This document shows positions 34,624 to 45,458 of a DNA stretch of 64,000 nt, piece after piece. The DNA lies in the NCBI GenBank assembly GCA_963921275.4, contig OZ001293.3:480001-544000 (forward strand), written 5' to 3'. Position numbers and translations under genes: made by a program. The stretch is from an uncultured Hormoscilla sp. (GTDB taxonomy: Bacteria > Cyanobacteriota > Cyanobacteriia > Cyanobacteriales > Desertifilaceae). Each line of letters starts with the position of its first letter. The stretch's first letter is position 1. The notes beneath the pieces are model-generated. The model saw only the letters and a program-made list of their open reading frames with translations. It made no database searches and was not told where the DNA came from.

Positions 34624-34794
34624 TTAGCTGCACAGGAATGTAGTCAACAGCAATGAGCCGACGAAGGTCGTCGCTAGCAAGCCTTGCAGAAGGTAACGGC
34701 GTTGTTGCAGCCCGTCGGGATAGGAGCCATAGTACATTTTCGGCCCGATGGGATAGTTGTTGAGAATGCCGTTTTCGTTGGTTGTGGTGTACAT
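34624..34794 (-). CDS. psb34: Psb34 family protein, copy 2
   Basis: Same 171-nt ORF. Confidence 0.85.
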   Translation of the reverse strand: MYTTTNENGILNNYPIGPKMYYGSYPDGLQQRRYLLQGLLATTFVGSLLLTTFLCS

Positions 34795-34914
34795 TGTTGC
34801 TTCTCCTTCTTCAAGCTTCTGTAAACAAATGTAACAACTTTTAAAGTTCTGTTAGGGTGACTTGACACTGAAATGCTTGTGATGTTAATCACCCTTGCAT
34901 ACATAGAGGTGGAG

Positions 34915-35085
34915 TTAGCTGATAGCCAATGCTGTCAACAGCAAGGAACCGACGAAGGTCGTCGCTAGCAAGCCTTGCAGAAGGTAACGACGTTGTTGCA
35001 GCCCGTCGGGATAGGAGCCATAGTACATTTTCGGAGCGATGGGATAGTTGTTGAGGATGCCGCTTTCGTTGGTTGTGGTGTACAT
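34915..35085 (-). CDS. psb34: Psb34 family protein, copy 3
   Basis: Same 171-nt ORF. Confidence 0.85.
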   Translation of the reverse strand: MYTTTNESGILNNYPIAPKMYYGSYPDGLQQRRYLLQGLLATTFVGSLLLTALAIS

Positions 35086-35232
35086 GTTTGTTTCTCCTTG
35101 TCTGTCCTACTGTAAAGTAATGTAACAACTTGTAAAGTTATCTAACAGTGATCTGAAACCTATACAGTAGTGATCGATCTTAATCACATTTGCATACAGG
35201 GAAGCAGTGGCAGGTGGCGCGACCTCGTGGGG

Positions 35233-35403
35233 TTAGCTACAGGCCAATGCCGTCAACAGCAAGGAACCGACGAAGGTCGTCGCTAGCAAGCCTTGCAGAA
35301 GGTAACGGTGTTGTTGCAGTCCGTCGGGATAGGAGGCATAGTACATTTTGGGCGCGACGGGATAGTTGTTGAGAATGCCGTTTTCGTTGGTTGTGGTGTA
35401 CAT
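35233..35403 (-). CDS. psb34: Psb34 family protein, copy 4
   Basis: Same 171-nt ORF. Confidence 0.85.
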   Translation of the reverse strand: MYTTTNENGILNNYPVAPKMYYASYPDGLQQHRYLLQGLLATTFVGSLLLTALACS

Positions 35404-35426
35404 TGTTGCTTCTCCTTGTCTGTCCT

Positions 35427-35502
35427 TCTATAAAGTAATGTAACAACTTGTAAAGTTATGTAACAGTGACGTGACAGGGAAATTAGCGTGACATTAATCA
35501 CA
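35427..35502 (-). promoter_or_regulatory. HLR1 (RpaB-type) half-site array plus CRP-like palindrome; similar modules precede the other psb34 copies and psb35-like copy 1
   Basis: Minus strand GTTACATA-AC-TTTACAAG-TT-GTTACATT-AC-TTTATAGA; CGTGA-N6-TCACA at 35487-35502. Confidence 0.65.
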
Positions 35503-36195
35503 CTTACGTACATAGAGGCAGTGACGGGTGGCATGACTGATAGGAGTAGTAAAGGTAACAGTAGACTCAATGCAGGCACCCAAAGCTTCAGCGGTGCTGG
35601 CCAAAGCCTCTGCTTCTGCCGGCGTCGAGTGACCCCGATAGAGGACGGCCAAACCGCCAACTTTGAGAAATGGCAGGGCATATTCTAGGCAAACGGTAGC
35701 CGTTGCTACAGCACGCAGGAGGGCAAAGTCGTATTTTTCTCGATAATGGGGTTGTTGACCAATTGTTTCGGCTCTGCCGATCGCAGTGGTGGCATTCTCG
35801 ATGGCCATCTGTGCTAAGAGGGTTTGCAGAAATGCAATCTTTTTGCCGGTGGAATCGAGGAGGGTGAGTGAGGAGTGAGGAAAGGCGATCGCCACTGGCA
35901 ACCCCGGAAACCCCGCACCCGTACCAATATCGATCATCTGTGGATGATTGGGGGTTCCGGCATCATCGGTTAACAGAGGGGCGATGGGCCGCAAAGAATC
36001 CCAGAGGTGCTTCTCCCAAAAGGAGATCGGGTCGGTAATGCGAGTTAAATTGAGTTTAGCATTACCGGTCAGAATCAGTTGATAAAGGGATTGAAACAGT
36101 TGTTGTTGTTGTGATTCTGTTGGTTGCCAATGGAGAGTTTGCAGCCAAACATCGGTCATCTGGGGCAGCACTTGCTGTGGATGGGGTTCTGTCAT
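35494..36195 (-). CDS. rsmG: 16S rRNA m7G527 methyltransferase
   Basis: NLTRIT, KHLWDSL, IDIGTGAGFPGLP, RAVA. Confidence 0.95.
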   Translation of the reverse strand: MTEPHPQQVLPQMTDVWLQTLHWQPTESQQQQLFQSLYQLILTGNAKLNLTRITDPISFWEKHLWDSLRPIAPLLTDDAGTPNHPQMIDIGTGAGFPGLPVAIAFPHSSLTLLDSTGKKIAFLQTLLAQMAIENATTAIGRAETIGQQPHYREKYDFALLRAVATATVCLEYALPFLKVGGLAVLYRGHSTPAEAEALASTAEALGACIESTVTFTTPISHATRHCLYVRKCD

Positions 36196-36249
36196 GTTAT
36201 TAGTAAGGTTCGTAGTAAGCACGAAGCGTGCTTCCGGGGCGCGAAGCGC

Positions 36250-36918
36250 CTAGGGGGAACAAGCTTCCGGCGCGGCTGTGAGAGTTGCTGGTTCCACGGA
36301 GCGCAGTTCGCCGTGGTTAAGGCTCCAACAGCGGTCGGCGATGCTGACTAATTCACTCGGATCGTGAGTCACAATCAACATAGTCCAAGAATTTTTCAGC
36401 CTGGCCAAGAGGTTCACCAACTGCTGGCGGATAGAGTAGTCCAACCCAGCGGTAGGTTCATCCAACATGAGGGTATGAGGCTGACGAATTAGCTGCACGG
36501 CCAGAGCGATGCGTCGCTGCTGACCGCCACTGAGAGCGTGGGGGGGACGGTGCAGGGGTAGATCTTCGAGTCCTACTTCCGCTAGAGCTTGGCGAACTCG
36601 CTCGTACCCTAACTCGGGATGACCGAGGCGCAATTCTTCTAAAATGGTACTTCCACAGAAATGCCGCTCTGGAAACTGAAATACTAATCCTGCTAGCTGT
36701 TGCAATTCTTCGGGGGTGAGTTGCCGATCGCGCCATTTGATTTGACCAGCGGTTTGGGTGGCCAACCCTGCTAAAATTTCCATTAAGGTGGTTTTGCCAG
36801 AGCCACTCGGTCCGATAATTAGTCCCAACTGTTGGGGACTTAACTCCAGGTCGATCGACTTCAAGATCGCGGTGGGACTTGCAGCGGGGTGATAAACTAG
36901 ATTTCTCAGATAGAGCAT
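36250..36918 (-). CDS. ABC transporter ATP-binding protein
   Basis: GPSGSGKT, LSGGQQRR, LDEPTAGLD. Confidence 0.92.
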   Translation of the reverse strand: MLYLRNLVYHPAASPTAILKSIDLELSPQQLGLIIGPSGSGKTTLMEILAGLATQTAGQIKWRDRQLTPEELQQLAGLVFQFPERHFCGSTILEELRLGHPELGYERVRQALAEVGLEDLPLHRPPHALSGGQQRRIALAVQLIRQPHTLMLDEPTAGLDYSIRQQLVNLLARLKNSWTMLIVTHDPSELVSIADRCWSLNHGELRSVEPATLTAAPEACSP

Positions 36919-37255
36919 AATGACAAATAGGATTTTTTGGACTTAAGTCAGGGACATTCGCCCCTACATATAGTTGCTTGCGTCGTCGTCCAGCCGGAGA
37001 TTACTAGCGCTCCTAACGTCGCGCCGCTGCGCTAACGGGGGGGTCAACTCATATACAGCACAAGTTTAATCCCTCCGACCCCCCCGCAATGACAAATAGG
37101 ATTTTGCCGGAGATTGCTAGCTGCTGCCCGACCCCCCCTCGCAATGACAAAGGCGTCATCAATGCTCCCGATCGGGGGATAGATGTCTTCCCATACGATC
37201 ATGATTACACTAGGATTGATAAAGCCAGTGAAAGAGAACTCCGATCGAGCCCCAA

Positions 37256-38272
37256 ATGAGAGAATGGTTTGTTGCCCCCCGGCGGTTGTTTGGTGCCGCT
37301 GCTGCCACTCTGGTCCTGACTTTTAACCTCTGGGTGAGCCCCAGTCAAGCGGGAGACCCCTTTCGCCCTAACAGTCCCTATGATATGGGAGAGGAGACAG
37401 AAGCTGCTTTCAGATCGTTGTTTGAGTTGGGGAACTATTCCCAAGCTGCCGAGTTCCTGCGCCAGGCCGAAACTCAGGAGTCCCAGGAGCCCCTGACCTA
37501 TGCGATGATTGCATCTATGGCCTATGTCAAACAAGATTGGCAATCCCTCGGTCCCTATGCTACCAAAACTCGCGAGATGGCTGAAAATATCCTTGCTACT
37601 CAACCTTTGCGGGGCAATCTCTATATTGCTGTTGGTCATTTATTAGAAGGGGCTTATAATCTGGAACAGCAAGGTCTCGTCCTAGGTCTCCCCCAAGCCC
37701 TGCGTAAACTGCAATTAGTGTATAATTTTCTGGATAAGGCGTCCGCTATTGATTCGTCCGATCCAGAACTAAACTTAATTAAGGGATATATGGATTTAAT
37801 GCTGGCTATGGCTTTGCCCTTTGCTAACCCTGCTGACGCGATCTCTCGTTTGGACAAGTATGCTGCTCCCTCTGCTTTCGCTGACTGGGGGATAGCGATC
37901 GCCTACCGAGATTTGGATGATTACGAGAAGGCGAACGAGTATGCTGACATCGCCTTGGCGTCTGTCCCGAAACATCCTGAGTTACATTATCTGAAAGCCC
38001 AAATCTTAGTGAAGCTGGGCCAGCGGGAATTAGCCCAGGAATATTTCCAGACTGCTTTAGCCCGATCTCCGCAACTCCCCAAGGTGATTGTGGCCCAAAT
38101 GTTTTATGAATACTGCAAAAATAAAAGGAGGATTGATGGGATAAATCGCGATTGCGACGACCTGCGAGACCCGATTAAGGAGGATAATGATACCTGGTGG
38201 GGTCCAGAAAATTTACCTCAACTTTTCTGTTCTCATAAAATCGAGAATTGTTCAGATAACAATCAAAATTAA
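37256..38272 (+). CDS. Sll0314/Alr1548-like TPR protein
   Basis: Signal peptide, AGDPFR, PLRGNLYIAVGH, DPELNLIKGYMDL. Confidence 0.8.
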   Translation: MREWFVAPRRLFGAAAATLVLTFNLWVSPSQAGDPFRPNSPYDMGEETEAAFRSLFELGNYSQAAEFLRQAETQESQEPLTYAMIASMAYVKQDWQSLGPYATKTREMAENILATQPLRGNLYIAVGHLLEGAYNLEQQGLVLGLPQALRKLQLVYNFLDKASAIDSSDPELNLIKGYMDLMLAMALPFANPADAISRLDKYAAPSAFADWGIAIAYRDLDDYEKANEYADIALASVPKHPELHYLKAQILVKLGQRELAQEYFQTALARSPQLPKVIVAQMFYEYCKNKRRIDGINRDCDDLRDPIKEDNDTWWGPENLPQLFCSHKIENCSDNNQN

Positions 38273-38326
38273 CAATCTATATCATCCCGATCACAATTCT
38301 CCATTCACAATTAACAATTGGCAATT

Positions 38327-38788
38327 ATGCAAGTACAGTTTCGCGAGATCGATACTTTTGATTTATGGATATGGGTAGAGTTCAGTACGGTGCCCAGCGA
38401 GATGGAAAGGATGTACGTTGAAGAAGTATTTAACTCCTGGTTTTACTTGGGAAAATTGGGAGGGTTTAATGCGGAAAATCTTCAGGTGCAGGAGGAAGGA
38501 CTAGACCTGAGTTACATGGATTATGATGCTGAGGCGGGTGATGATACGATGATGGCCCTGATGCATAATATGGGAGATTTTGAGTATGAGGGTGTTTGGG
38601 GTCGTTGTTGGTTCGATCTGGGCACTAGTGATGCGATCGCCCTTGACGTTCTAATGAATGCGCTGTTACAATTTAGCAAGGATTATGTGCATATCGAAAC
38701 CCTGATCGTCGGCGGCGAAAATGGAGATTGGCCCATTCCTAAAGAACGTCATCAGCAGGATTTGGTTGAGGATGGTTATTATGTCTAA
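38327..38788 (+). CDS. DUF3531 family protein
   Basis: SWFYLGKLGGFNAENLQ, WGRCWFDLGTSD. Confidence 0.85.
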   Translation: MQVQFREIDTFDLWIWVEFSTVPSEMERMYVEEVFNSWFYLGKLGGFNAENLQVQEEGLDLSYMDYDAEAGDDTMMALMHNMGDFEYEGVWGRCWFDLGTSDAIALDVLMNALLQFSKDYVHIETLIVGGENGDWPIPKERHQQDLVEDGYYV

Positions 38789-39209
38789 ATCTGAGAAAAT
38801 TAGGGTGCTAGCTTTGGGGTTGATTAGAGATGGCGATCGCATTTTTATCGGCGAAAGCTACGATCCTGATCGGAAAAAACCCTTCTATAGGGCCATGGGA
38901 GGGGGGGTGAAGTTTGGTGAAACCAGCCTGGAGGCTTTGAAACGGGAATTTCAAGAAGAAATTCAGGCAGAATTAACTAACATTCGTTATCAGGGCTGTC
39001 TAGAAAGCATCTTTTTCTTCAAGGGAAAGCCCGGTCACGAAATTATCCAACTCTATGAATGCGATTTTGTTGACCCCAAGTTTTACCAATTGCAACAGAT
39101 CCCATTTACAGAAAAAAAGAAGCAAAAACTGGGGCTATGGGTGGAGATAGATAAGTTAAAGTCGGGTGAGTTGTATGTAGTACCGTCCCAGTTTTTAGAT
39201 TACTTATAA
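38781..39209 (+). CDS. NUDIX hydrolase
   Basis: GGGVKFGETSLEALKREFQEEI. Confidence 0.9.
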   Translation: MSKSEKIRVLALGLIRDGDRIFIGESYDPDRKKPFYRAMGGGVKFGETSLEALKREFQEEIQAELTNIRYQGCLESIFFFKGKPGHEIIQLYECDFVDPKFYQLQQIPFTEKKKQKLGLWVEIDKLKSGELYVVPSQFLDYL

Positions 39210-39661
39210 ATGTTACTTCACAGGAGGCCCGCCGGGGGTTGCAAACCCCCGGCTAACAGCTAAAGTCGGTTGAAAACCGACTAAAAAAATTGTCGGTTTC
39301 AGCGTAGGTTGGGTTGAGGAACGAAACAAAACATTCGCGATCGCATTCCATGCATCACATGGTGTAGGGGCACGGCATCGATAATATTTGGATATGAACC
39401 GAAATATATCTATTGCCGTGCCCAGGATGGATATTGCCGATCGCATGATGTGGTCGGGAACAGAAGGAAGCGATCGCATCCCATCCGGTCGGGGCACGGC
39501 GTATATAACATCACGATCGGAACCGATAATCTGCTGATGCCGTGCTCCTACAGTTGTCGTGCCCCGAATGGAAATTGACGATCGCATGTTATTTTACATC
39601 TTAATGCCAAAGGGCGATCGCGATCGGGCAATCCACGCACCCTACCGGATCTAATATAATA

Positions 39662-40673
39662 ACCTAAGTTGCGACCTATTAAAAAAAATATGAATTACCC
39701 ACTTAGACTTTACAGATATTTGGGATATTTCGTAGCTTTTGATACAAAATTATATTTTTTTTGTGCTAGACGGCGGGTTGGCTGTTTATAGGTTATAATG
39801 TACTAAAATAATAGTTAATTGCTGGGGGATGTAGATGATGGAAGATATGATTACAACAATTTTTGTTCTTTGTGACGAGCTACTAAAAGCGTTAAATATA
39901 AAAGAAGATCCACAAGTAAAAATGAACAATGCCGAAGTGATGACAGTCGGATTAGTTGCTGCATATTTTTTCGGAGGACACCACGATCGCTCTTGTCAAT
40001 TTATGGTCGAACACAAGTATATAAAAAATTTGTTAAGTAAAAGTAGGTTCAATCGTCGATTACACAATATTGAGGAACCAATTTGGATGTTTTTCTTCCA
40101 AGTTATAGCTCAAACATTTAAAGAACTCAATCCGGGTCAAGAATATATTCTTGATAGTTTCCCGGTGCCAGTATGTGATAATATTAGGATTGATAGATGC
40201 CAAATTTATAACAAGGAAGAATATCGAGGGTATATTGTTAGTAAAAAACGTTATTTTTATGGATTAAGAGTTCATATGTTGGTAAACAAAAATGGAAAGC
40301 CAATAGAATTTTATCTAGATCCTGGTAGTTATAATGATGTTAAAGTTTTGCAATCTTTTGGCTTTGACTTACCATCAAATTCAATAGTTTATGGAGATAA
40401 AGCTTATAATGATTATCAATTAGAGGATTTACTAAAAGAGTCGTCAAGTATAATGTTAAAACCTTTGCGAAAAAAGAACTCAAAAAGAAAAGAATATTCT
40501 TGTTTTGAATATATACAAAAAGTAACAAAAAAACAAGTTGAAACCTGTTTTAGTCGAATCACCAATTTGTTTCCCAAGTCAATTCATGCTGTTACATCTA
40601 AGGGATTAGAGTTGAAAATAATTCTCTTTATCATAGCTTTTTGTATCCAATTTTTATAGGTCGCAACTTGAGT
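39662..40673 (+). mobile_element. IS982-family insertion sequence
   Basis: TIR ACCTAAGTTGCGACCTAT / ATAGGTCGCAACTTGAGT; 7-bp TSD TATAATA. Confidence 0.9.
39835..40659 (+). CDS. IS982 family transposase
   Basis: SRFNRR, LDSFPVPVC, YFYGLRVH, YGDKAY, VETCFS. Confidence 0.9.
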   Translation: MMEDMITTIFVLCDELLKALNIKEDPQVKMNNAEVMTVGLVAAYFFGGHHDRSCQFMVEHKYIKNLLSKSRFNRRLHNIEEPIWMFFFQVIAQTFKELNPGQEYILDSFPVPVCDNIRIDRCQIYNKEEYRGYIVSKKRYFYGLRVHMLVNKNGKPIEFYLDPGSYNDVKVLQSFGFDLPSNSIVYGDKAYNDYQLEDLLKESSSIMLKPLRKKNSKRKEYSCFEYIQKVTKKQVETCFSRITNLFPKSIHAVTSKGLELKIILFIIAFCIQFL

Positions 40674-40733
40674 TATAATAGCTTCGGGATCTATCCACTC
40701 TGACCAGAGCCTACTCTCTACTCGGTGCCGACC

Positions 40734-41681
40734 ATGTCTCAAAATAACCGCAACTCTCATCCTATCTTTCTGATCGGGGCGATCGCAGGCATAATAGGTG
40801 CGATCGCAGGAGTAATCGGTACATGCATTGCTGTACTGACTTACCTGGACATCAAACCTGACGAGCTTATTCCTTCTGCTGTCATCCCCACCCCACCGGT
40901 TGACTGGGAAAAGGCGACTCTTGCCAAAACCCTCACCGGGCATTCAAACACTGTCAGGTCGGTCGCGATCAGCCCTGATGGCAAGACTTTAGCCAGTGCC
41001 AGTAATGACAATACTATCAAAATCTGGAGTTTGGAGACATTTCGAGAAATCGCTACCCTCACCGGGCATTCAAGCATTGTCTGGTCTGTGGCCTTCAGCC
41101 CCGATGGCAAGACTTTAGCCAGTGCCAGTTTAGACGATACTATCAAAATCTGGAGTTTAGAGACATTAGGAGAAATCGCTACCCTCACCGGGCATTCTTC
41201 CTCAGTCAGTTCCGTCGCGTTCAGCCCAGATGGCAAGACTTTAGCCAGTGGCAGTTTAACGACTATTAAACTCTGGAGTTTGGAGACATTCGGAGAAATC
41301 GCTACCCTCGCCGGGCCTTCTAACTGGATCCTGTCCGTCGCCTTCAACTCAGATGGCGATGGCAACACTTTAGCCAGTGGTAGTTATGACAAGACTATCA
41401 AAATCTGGAGTTTGGAGACATACCGAGAAATCGTTACCCTCACCGGGCATTCAGACATTGTCTGGTCTGTCGTGTTCAGCCCCGATGGCAAGACTTTAAC
41501 CAGTGCCAGTAATGACAATACTATCAAAATCTGGAGTTTGGAGACATACCGAGAAATCGCTACCCTCACCGGGCATTCAAACTATGTTTAGTCCGTTGCC
41601 TTCAGCTCAGATGGCAAGACTTTAGCCAGTGGCAGTGATGACAAGACTATCAAGATTTGGCGGGCAGGAGCAAGCAAGTAA
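40734..41681 (+). pseudogene. Membrane-anchored WD40 repeat protein, in-frame TAG at 41589
   Basis: TLTGHS...SVAFSPDGKTLASAS.D.TIKIW repeats continue past the stop. Confidence 0.85.
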
Positions 41682-41808
41682 AAGGAAAAATAGTATTCTC
41701 CTGTTGTGAGATTTTCTGCAACATTACTGAACATATCGTCAACATTACTCTGCTATCTAGAGCGCCAGGGAAACCCAACCAGCTTGGTGAAGTATGCAGG
41801 TGCCTCTA

Positions 41809-42206
41809 CAATACTTCTCGGTTAAGCGTCTTATTTGTCATTGCGAGGGGGGGGTACGTAGCGATTAACTTATGCTCAACTGAGTTAACCCCCCCTGAAG
41901 CAATCTCACCGACGACGCCGAAGCACTCTTCATCTCATACAGGACCTAACTTTTCCCGTTATCTTTTTGCAGGAAAAATTTGACGCTCTGAAAACCTTGT
42001 AAGCTCGTGAGTATTTCGCAATAGTTTAAATTTATTGCGAAATTTTTAAATCTTCAAACCCTTGCTATCAGGTGATTGTAGAACTTAGCAGGAAAAGTCA
42101 GATACAGGACGGGGGGATTGCTTCGGGGGGGATTGCTTCGAGGATCGACAAATAGTTTGTTTGAAAGCCCCCCTCGCAATGACAGATTATTAACCGAGAA
42201 GTATTG
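41809..42206. mobile_element. MITE (same ends as 15695-15922) containing a nested MITE
   Basis: TIR CAATACTTCTCGGTTAA; 10-bp TSD GGTGCCTCTA. Confidence 0.88.
41946..42101. mobile_element. Nested 156-bp MITE
   Basis: TIR CTAACTTTTCC / GGAAAAGTCAG; 9-bp TSD ATACAGGAC. Confidence 0.82.
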
Positions 42207-42280
42207 GGTGCCTCTATCATACTGGATCGGGCAGGAGTATGTTATCCTAGGAAGAGAAGATTCAGATGGAGGGATAGTTT

Positions 42281-43214
42281 ATGAAAATTAATTTTATTAA
42301 TTTAAAACATTATTTTACCTTAAAAAAATCTTTGGTTCCGAGCAAAGCAAGGAAATTCTCATCAGCTTCTTAAATGCTATGCTCTATGAGGATAAAGAGA
42401 CAATTTCTGATTTGACCATCATTAACCCCTATCAGGCTCCCCGACTGCGGGGACTCAAAGATACTTACTTAGATGTCAAAGCTCAGTTGGTCGATAACAA
42501 GACAGTGATTATCGAGATGCAGGTGTTAAATTTGGAAGGTTTTGAGAAGCAGATTTTGTACAATGCGGCTAAAGCTTATTCCATTCAACTAGATGCCAGA
42601 GAAGATTATACCCTGTTAAATCCAGTAATTGCTTTGACGATTACGGACTTTAACATGTTTGCGTAATTCTCAAAAGTCACTTCCAAATTTGTCTTGAAAG
42701 AAAAGTAATTTCTGAGCGATTACCCTGTTGATGATATTGAGTTGGTGTTTGTGGAATTGCCTAAGTTTAACAAAGAATTGGAGAACTTGGAGACCACAGC
42801 AGATAATGGCTTTATTTTCTCAAGACTGCCAGGAAATTATAGACAGTACCCGAGACAATGTCCTCAGTTCCGGAAATAAAGAAAGCCTTTGAAATTGCGA
42901 ATATCGCCAATATGAATGCCTCAGAATTGGAAGATTTGGAAAAACGGGAAATCTATATCCACGACCAGCGAAATGCGCTCAAAAAGGCAGAAAAAAAGGC
43001 CAAAAAAGAAGGTCGCGAAATTGGACTCAAGGAAGGTAAAGAAATTGGGATGAAAGAAGGTCGCGAAATTGGGATCCAAGAAGGCCAAGAAATTGGGATG
43101 AAAACATCTCAAGAGGAAATCGCTAAGCGGCTACTTGATGTTTTAGATGAAGAAACGATTAGTCTGACTACAGGACTCAGCCTTGAGGATGTGCAAAAGT
43201 TGAAACTAGATTAA
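42281..43214 (+). pseudogene. Rpn / PD-(D/E)xK nuclease family, copy 1 (frameshifts and three stops)
   Basis: Paralog of 43348-44259 with lesions. Confidence 0.9.
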
Positions 43215-43347
43215 TTTTCACGCTCGCCGCGATCTATTCTTAAATGTACAAACCAGGTTTTTCTCAAAATATGGTTTGTACATGATTATCAATCAAGAAT
43301 ATGTTATACTAGGAAAATAAGAGTCAAATGGAGGGATAGTTAAGTTA

Positions 43348-44259
43348 ATGAAGATTAGTTTCATTAATCCTAAGACAGATTTTGCCTTTAAGAAAATCTT
43401 TGGTTCCGAGCAAAGCAAGGAAATTCTCATCAGCTTCTTAAATGCTATGCTCTATGAGGGAAAAGATATAATTTCTGATTTAACCATCATTAACCCCTAT
43501 CAAGCTCCCCGACTGCGCGGACTCAAAGATACTTACTTAGATGTCAAAGCTCAGTTGGTCGATAACAAGACAGTGATTATCGAGATGCAGGTGTTAAATT
43601 TGGAGGGTTTTGAGAAGCGGATTTTGTACAATGCGGCTAAAGCTTATTCCATTCAACTAGATGCCGGAGAATATTATACCCTGTTAAATCCGGTAATTGC
43701 TTTAACTATTACGGACTTTAACATGTTTACAGAATTCTCAAAAGTCACTTCCAAATTTGTCTTGAAAGAAAAGGAATTCCTGAGCGATTACCCTGTTGAT
43801 GATATTGAGTTGGTGTTTGTGGAATTGCCCAAGTTTAACAAAGAATTGGAAAACTTGGAGACCATAGCAGATAAATGGCTTTATTTTCTCAAGACTGCCA
43901 GGAAATTAGAGACAGTACCCGAGACAATGTTCTCAGTTCCGGAAATCAAAAAAGCCTTTGAAATTGCGAATATCGCCAATATGAGTCCCTCAGAATTGGA
44001 AGATTTGGAAAAACGGGAAATCTATATCCACGACCAGCGGAATGCGATCAAAAAGGCGGAAAAAAAGGCCCAAAAAGAAGGTCGCGAAATTGGACTCAAG
44101 GAAGGTCGCGAAATTGGGATCGAAGAAGGCAAAGAAATTGGCATGAAAACATCTCAAGTGGAAATCGCTAAACGGCTGCTTGATGTTTTAGATGAAGAAA
44201 CGATTAGTTTGACTACAGGACTCAGCCTTGAGGATGTGCAAAAGTTGAAACTAGATTAA
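43348..44259 (+). CDS. Rpn family recombination-promoting nuclease, copy 2 (intact)
   Basis: NPKTDFAFKKIFG, YLDVKA, IIEMQV, FVELPKF, EG(R/K)EIG repeats, TTGLSLEDV. Confidence 0.92.
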   Translation: MKISFINPKTDFAFKKIFGSEQSKEILISFLNAMLYEGKDIISDLTIINPYQAPRLRGLKDTYLDVKAQLVDNKTVIIEMQVLNLEGFEKRILYNAAKAYSIQLDAGEYYTLLNPVIALTITDFNMFTEFSKVTSKFVLKEKEFLSDYPVDDIELVFVELPKFNKELENLETIADKWLYFLKTARKLETVPETMFSVPEIKKAFEIANIANMSPSELEDLEKREIYIHDQRNAIKKAEKKAQKEGREIGLKEGREIGIEEGKEIGMKTSQVEIAKRLLDVLDEETISLTTGLSLEDVQKLKLD

Positions 44260-44520
44260 TTTTCACGCTACGCTCGCCGCGATCTATTCTTAAATGTACA
44301 AACCAGGTTTTTCTCAAAATATGGTTTGTACATGATTATCAATCAAGAATATGTTATACTAGGAAAATAAGAGTCAAATGGAGGGATAGTTAATGAAGAT
44401 TAGTTTCATTAATCCTAAGACAGATTTTGCCTTTAAGAAAATCTTTGGTTCCGAGCAAAGCAAGGAAATTCTCATCAGCTTCTTAAATGCTATGCTCTAT
44501 GAGGGAGAAGATACAATTTC

Positions 44521-45458
44521 ATTAGGGGTCGAGCTGAGAATCACTTCTCAACCCTCCCGTATGGCTGCGCCACGCTGCGCGAACGGAACCGTGCATGCGA
44601 CTTTCACCGCACACGGCTACTGGGTATCAGGCCCAAATCATGGGTAGAATTACTAAGGATTACTCCCGTTGTCCCTTGCTACTTACACGTTTGCCCCTTG
44701 ATATTCATTCCTCATCCACAATATGGACGGGCCTATGACGTCTTAAGGCTACTTGCATCAGTAGTTTCCTAATATCACCGACCCGCGTCTGCGTATCCGT
44801 GGGCATTACTCGGCGTCTTCCGCATGCTCTTGTCCTGAAGGACACGGCTGGCGCTCCCGCAAGGGATACGGCATGCTCCAGACACCTTCGACGTCTGGAG
44901 CATGCTCTTGTCCTGAAGGACGCGGCATGCTCCAGACGTCGCCCAGGCATTAGCTTCTCGGGCCATCTCTCCCATACGTGGCTTGCGCTATGCGCTGCGC
45001 GCACGCTACGCGGACGCACATCTGACTGGTCCTGACGGACAGCACACGTAGGGTTACTTCGTTCCCCGGTATCATTTCACGATGTCTTTAGGCCTCACTT
45101 TACCCCGGCAGTTCTTTGAGTACGATATTGGCCCAAAATCAAAGAGCCAATACTAACTACTTCCCCTTTTGGGCCAGCGCTTAAAGCCTTATTTCGCTGG
45201 TTGATGGTTACGAGGCTTACATGAGTTTGCTTGTTCTGGCCATATACATCTTTCCTAGCGGAGTTGCCGGCTTAGGCTACCAGCTATCCTACATTTGAGT
45301 CCTCGCTTAACACCACGGCGATGTGGCTCCGCCGCATTGAGGACCGGTGTCACCCCCGCACTTGAGGGAGGGGAATTTAACAATAATGAGTACCAGAGTT
45401 TCTAGTTTCCTAGACTAGCGTTCCGTGTTTGACTACGTTAGGCTAGAACGAATCGCAC
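44521..45458 (-). mobile_element. ORF-less group II intron, lineage C (938 nt)
   Basis: GTGCG start; canonical DV TAGCCGTGTGCGGTGAAAGTCGCATGCACGGTTC; end CTCGACCCCTAAT. Confidence 0.92.

Noticed and set aside
34333..35460. Possible CRISPR-like or ncRNA array with a period of about 291 bp
   Set aside because: Each unit encodes an intact psb34 ORF with RBS; the 76-79-aa track ORFs there are off-frame shadows
39213..39650. 124-aa ORF 39213-39587
   Set aside because: Made of stacked REP-like palindromic repeats; probably non-coding
40930..41660. WD40 repeats as diversity-generating retroelement target/template
   Set aside because: No RT or accessory gene, and no obvious adenine-specific pattern; ordinary internal repeats
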